Source of the DNA: a virus
Lineage: Duplodnaviria > Caudoviricetes
DNA: 28,033 bases
Direction: 5' to 3' (one strand)
Virus record (IMG/VR): IMGVR_UViG_3300022670_001834
Location: 1-28,033 of that record
Shown: one piece after another, positions 25,599 through 28,033 of the stretch
How the letters are laid out: every line of letters starts with the position of its first letter
Position numbering within the stretch: the stretch's first letter is position 1
Translations under genes and position numbers: made by a program
Notes under the pieces: model-generated
The model's input: the letters and a program-made list of their open reading frames with translations, nothing else
What the model was told of the DNA's origin: nothing
Database searches by the model: none

Positions 25599-26543
25599 AT
25601 GATCATCTGGATCACAGGTCCAAGTAAGTCAGGCAAAACTACTCTAGCAAAAAATCTCCAATCCAAACTCGTTCAATGGGTTCTCCTAGACGGAGATCAA
25701 ATCAGGCGTATTACCGATGATTTAGGATTCTCGGCTAAGGATAGAATGGAAAACTGCAAGAGGATCGCAAGGCTAGCTCGAAATCTTGACTATCAAGGAT
25801 TCAATGTTTTAGTCTCTGTAATTGCTCCCTTCCGAAATATTCGTGATGAGGTAGATAAGATATGCAGTCCAAAGTGGGTATGCTTGCCAAAAGCATTAGA
25901 GGAAACAGAATACGAGAATCCTTACGAATCTCCAATTAATGCCTTGTTTGTTGAGATAAACGAGGAGGAAAGAATCATCGAGGAGTTAAAACTATTCAGC
26001 GTATTTGTAGTTGGAACTAGAAGGTCAGGAACTGGTCTAATGGTTCAGATCCTAGAAAAATTGGGAGTCCAAATGTTCTATGATCTCAAAGGAGTCAAGG
26101 GCTACGAACCTTATGAGATCCTTACCCATGCCATGACAAAATTCTACAAAATGGCATACACACCTTATACTGGTTGTAAGATATTGCTTCCTTTCGTTCC
26201 AGTTAAGATTGATATGATTACAGACGTTCCATGCAAGGTGGTCTTTATTTGGCGAGAGCCTAAAGCTATTCTTGATTCACAAAAGAGATTTTGGCATGAA
26301 CAAACAACTAATGCTCCGAAGGAATTGATTGATAAGCTTTTGGAACAAATTGATACAGAGCAAACTTCTCAACTCCTTGAATTAAGATCATTAAACGTCA
26401 AAGTATTGATTTCAGAGTATGAAAAAATACTAGCCGATCCCAAATCGGAAATCCAAAAGATTGCCGACTTTATCAGATCGGAGGAGCCAATCGAGAAGGC
26501 CATCAAGCTCGTAAAAATTCCAATAGTAAAAACACTTGTATAG
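25599..26543 (+). CDS. cysC: Adenylylsulfate (APS) kinase-sulfotransferase fusion
   Basis: IWITGPSKSGKTT, LDGDQIR, LGFSAKDR.EN..R, SVIAP and YE.P (CysC). Then VVGTRRSGT (5'-PSB), FIWREP...DS (3'-PB) and YEKILADP...IADFI (sulfotransferase). Confidence 0.85.
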   Translation: MIIWITGPSKSGKTTLAKNLQSKLVQWVLLDGDQIRRITDDLGFSAKDRMENCKRIARLARNLDYQGFNVLVSVIAPFRNIRDEVDKICSPKWVCLPKALEETEYENPYESPINALFVEINEEERIIEELKLFSVFVVGTRRSGTGLMVQILEKLGVQMFYDLKGVKGYEPYEILTHAMTKFYKMAYTPYTGCKILLPFVPVKIDMITDVPCKVVFIWREPKAILDSQKRFWHEQTTNAPKELIDKLLEQIDTEQTSQLLELRSLNVKVLISEYEKILADPKSEIQKIADFIRSEEPIEKAIKLVKIPIVKTLV

Positions 26544-26544
26544 T
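26529..26544 (+). promoter_or_regulatory. Late promoter motif AAAACACTTGTATAGT (copy 2)
   Basis: CACTT begins 32 nt before ATG 26565. Confidence 0.75.
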
Positions 26545-26564
26545 TTGATTCAAGACATTACTCA

Positions 26565-27497
26565 ATGGATTATAAACAAAAACTAAAGAATTGTAGAACC
26601 TGTGCAGAAGCACAACCAATTCTTGAAACTCTAAAAGTTCGACCATCTCAACGCAAGCTCATTGAGACTGCTATCCAACTAAGACAAAGTAATGATAACA
26701 GGCAAGTATCTTATGGCGAGGATTTCCTCATAACTGCCTTAAGAGAAATTGATGACGATAAGTTGAATGGAAACCACAAAAACGGAACTGGCAATCATCA
26801 GGAAGCAACAAACAACAATGATGATGGAATCAAAGAGGATAATGGAGGTTCACATCGACCACAAGGTGGCGATAAGGATTTGGATGATATGATCAAAAAT
26901 GGTGAAAAGGAAGCTGACGAAATCACACCACCCTTAGATTCACATCAATCATCTGATCTTGATATGCCCTACCCAAAGGAAGGTACTGATACTCCAAACA
27001 GCGATATCGAAGGCATGCAATCAGCATCAGGCGAAAACCAGATGGGAGGAGTTCGTGAAAATATGAACGGTTTCCCGATGGGAAATGGAATGCCACCTAT
27101 GGCACCAGACGTTCAGCAACAAATGCAACCAAAAATGCCTCCAATGCCACAAATGAATACTGGGCAAATGATGAGACAGATGCAATATACTGTAGAATCA
27201 AACTTGAAACGATATCTTACTCCAGTTATCCGAGAAACCAAAAAACTTCGTTCAGCATATATCGCCCTAGATAAAAAAATTCAGGAATCCCAAAGCCAAG
27301 CAGGAACCATGAAACTCGACCTTTCATCAATAAAGGCAAACGCAACAGCCAGAGAGCATGTGAGAGAAACTATTGGAGATATGGAAATACCAGTTCCTAA
27401 GATTGATTTTATCAGAGCAGAAACCAGCGATGCACGAACCAAGATTGCCGAAATGGATAAAGAGTTATCAAAACACTTATCACAACCGTATCAATAA
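26565..27497 (+). CDS. Putative capsid scaffolding protein
   Basis: Acidic/disordered middle, M/P/Q-rich tract and coiled-coil C-terminus. Positioned before the capsid cement gene. Confidence 0.55.
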   Translation: MDYKQKLKNCRTCAEAQPILETLKVRPSQRKLIETAIQLRQSNDNRQVSYGEDFLITALREIDDDKLNGNHKNGTGNHQEATNNNDDGIKEDNGGSHRPQGGDKDLDDMIKNGEKEADEITPPLDSHQSSDLDMPYPKEGTDTPNSDIEGMQSASGENQMGGVRENMNGFPMGNGMPPMAPDVQQQMQPKMPPMPQMNTGQMMRQMQYTVESNLKRYLTPVIRETKKLRSAYIALDKKIQESQSQAGTMKLDLSSIKANATAREHVRETIGDMEIPVPKIDFIRAETSDARTKIAEMDKELSKHLSQPYQ

Positions 27498-27498
27498 T

Positions 27499-27516
27499 CC
27501 CCCTTTATTTTTTTTT
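27499..27516 (+). terminator. Oligo-T terminator
   Basis: CCCCCTTTATTTTTTTTT between the stop codon and the next promoter. Confidence 0.6.
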
Positions 27517-27517
27517 A

Positions 27518-27533
27518 AAAACACTTGTATAGT
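27518..27533 (+). promoter_or_regulatory. Late promoter motif AAAACACTTGTATAGT (copy 3)
   Basis: Fully intergenic copy. CACTT begins 35 nt before ATG 27557. Confidence 0.75.
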
Positions 27534-27556
27534 AAGGCGAGAGTGCTACTTTAACA

Positions 27557-28033
27557 ATGACTGACAAATACACAGGACTTTTTGACGGAGCTGTCGATGA
27601 GGCAGCATACGTTGTTAACGCAACAGCAGACGAAACAATCACAATTGGATCACCAGTTATTCTAGTCACACCACCAACCGGTGAAAGACTACCAAGAGTC
27701 GAACCAACAAGTGTTCAAGGTGCTCGCATCTATGGAATATGTGTTGGAGGAGACCAGAATGGTACTTTCGGCGGTGAAAGTGAAGTGGCAGGTAATGCAG
27801 GGGATTCAGTTAAGATTTGTGTCAATGGCAGATGTAAAGCAAGAGTTGATGGAGTCGCAGGTGGTGCTATCGCAATAGCTACTGAACTGACAGCTTCCAG
27901 CACAGATGGAGTTGCAGAAGCAGCAGTAGCTTCCGATCAAATATTCGGAACTGCTCAGCAACCAAGCACATTCTCAACTGACTTTATTGTTGTCTTTGTT
28001 GATCAAGACGGTCATGGAACAGGAGGAGGTTAA
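27557..28033 (+). CDS. Capsid cement/decoration protein (DUF2190-like)
   Basis: A.ETITIGSPV..YGICV..AGDSVKICVNG..GAIAI..L..DGVA..FGTA pattern, typical of the gene preceding a major capsid gene. Confidence 0.7.
   Translation: MTDKYTGLFDGAVDEAAYVVNATADETITIGSPVILVTPPTGERLPRVEPTSVQGARIYGICVGGDQNGTFGGESEVAGNAGDSVKICVNGRCKARVDGVAGGAIAIATELTASSTDGVAEAAVASDQIFGTAQQPSTFSTDFIVVFVDQDGHGTGGG

Noticed and set aside
22417-27533. Repeated 16-mer as a CRISPR repeat or att site
   Set aside because: Copies are kilobases apart, lack regular spacers, and sit at a fixed distance from start codons. No cas or integrase gene is present.
26-27878. Short plus-strand ORFs nested out of frame in long genes (26-286, 3109-3351, 14494-14730, 15662-15931, 16374-17726 set, 20957-21190, 27373-27564, 27681-27878)
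   Set aside because: Fully or mostly overlap better-supported genes, with no independent start signals or motifs.
1-28033. tRNA, rRNA, IS elements, introns/inteins
   Set aside because: No cloverleaf or T-loop consensus in the intergenic gaps, no transposase motifs, and no intein-like insertions noticed in terL or the que genes by eye.

Overview
An AT-rich, entirely plus-strand-encoded segment of a tailed dsDNA virus (Caudoviricetes-like). The host is most likely an archaeon, plausibly Nitrososphaerota. This is inferred from TATA-like boxes ~25-33 nt upstream of apparently leaderless starts, oligo-T terminators without GC hairpins, many TTG starts and many zinc-finger microproteins. Gene order: tail/receptor-binding genes (1-5052); early/accessory genes including a DUF559/Vsr-like nuclease, a Dam-like N6-adenine methyltransferase, a chain of Zn-finger microproteins and a DUF932 protein (5084-10431); a 7-deazaguanine DNA-modification operon queD-queE-(Zn micro-ORF)-queC-folE-dpdA followed by a ParB/Srx-phosphoribosyltransferase fusion (10477-14295); small ORFs; then terminase, portal, MuF-like/prohead protease fusion, a repeat-built fibre protein, an APS-kinase/sulfotransferase fusion, scaffold and a capsid cement protein (15649-28033). 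Non-coding or hidden signals include a repeated AAAACACTTGTATAGT late-promoter motif, apparent CCWGG avoidance and several structured intergenic elements. All protein calls come from motif recognition by eye, not database searches.
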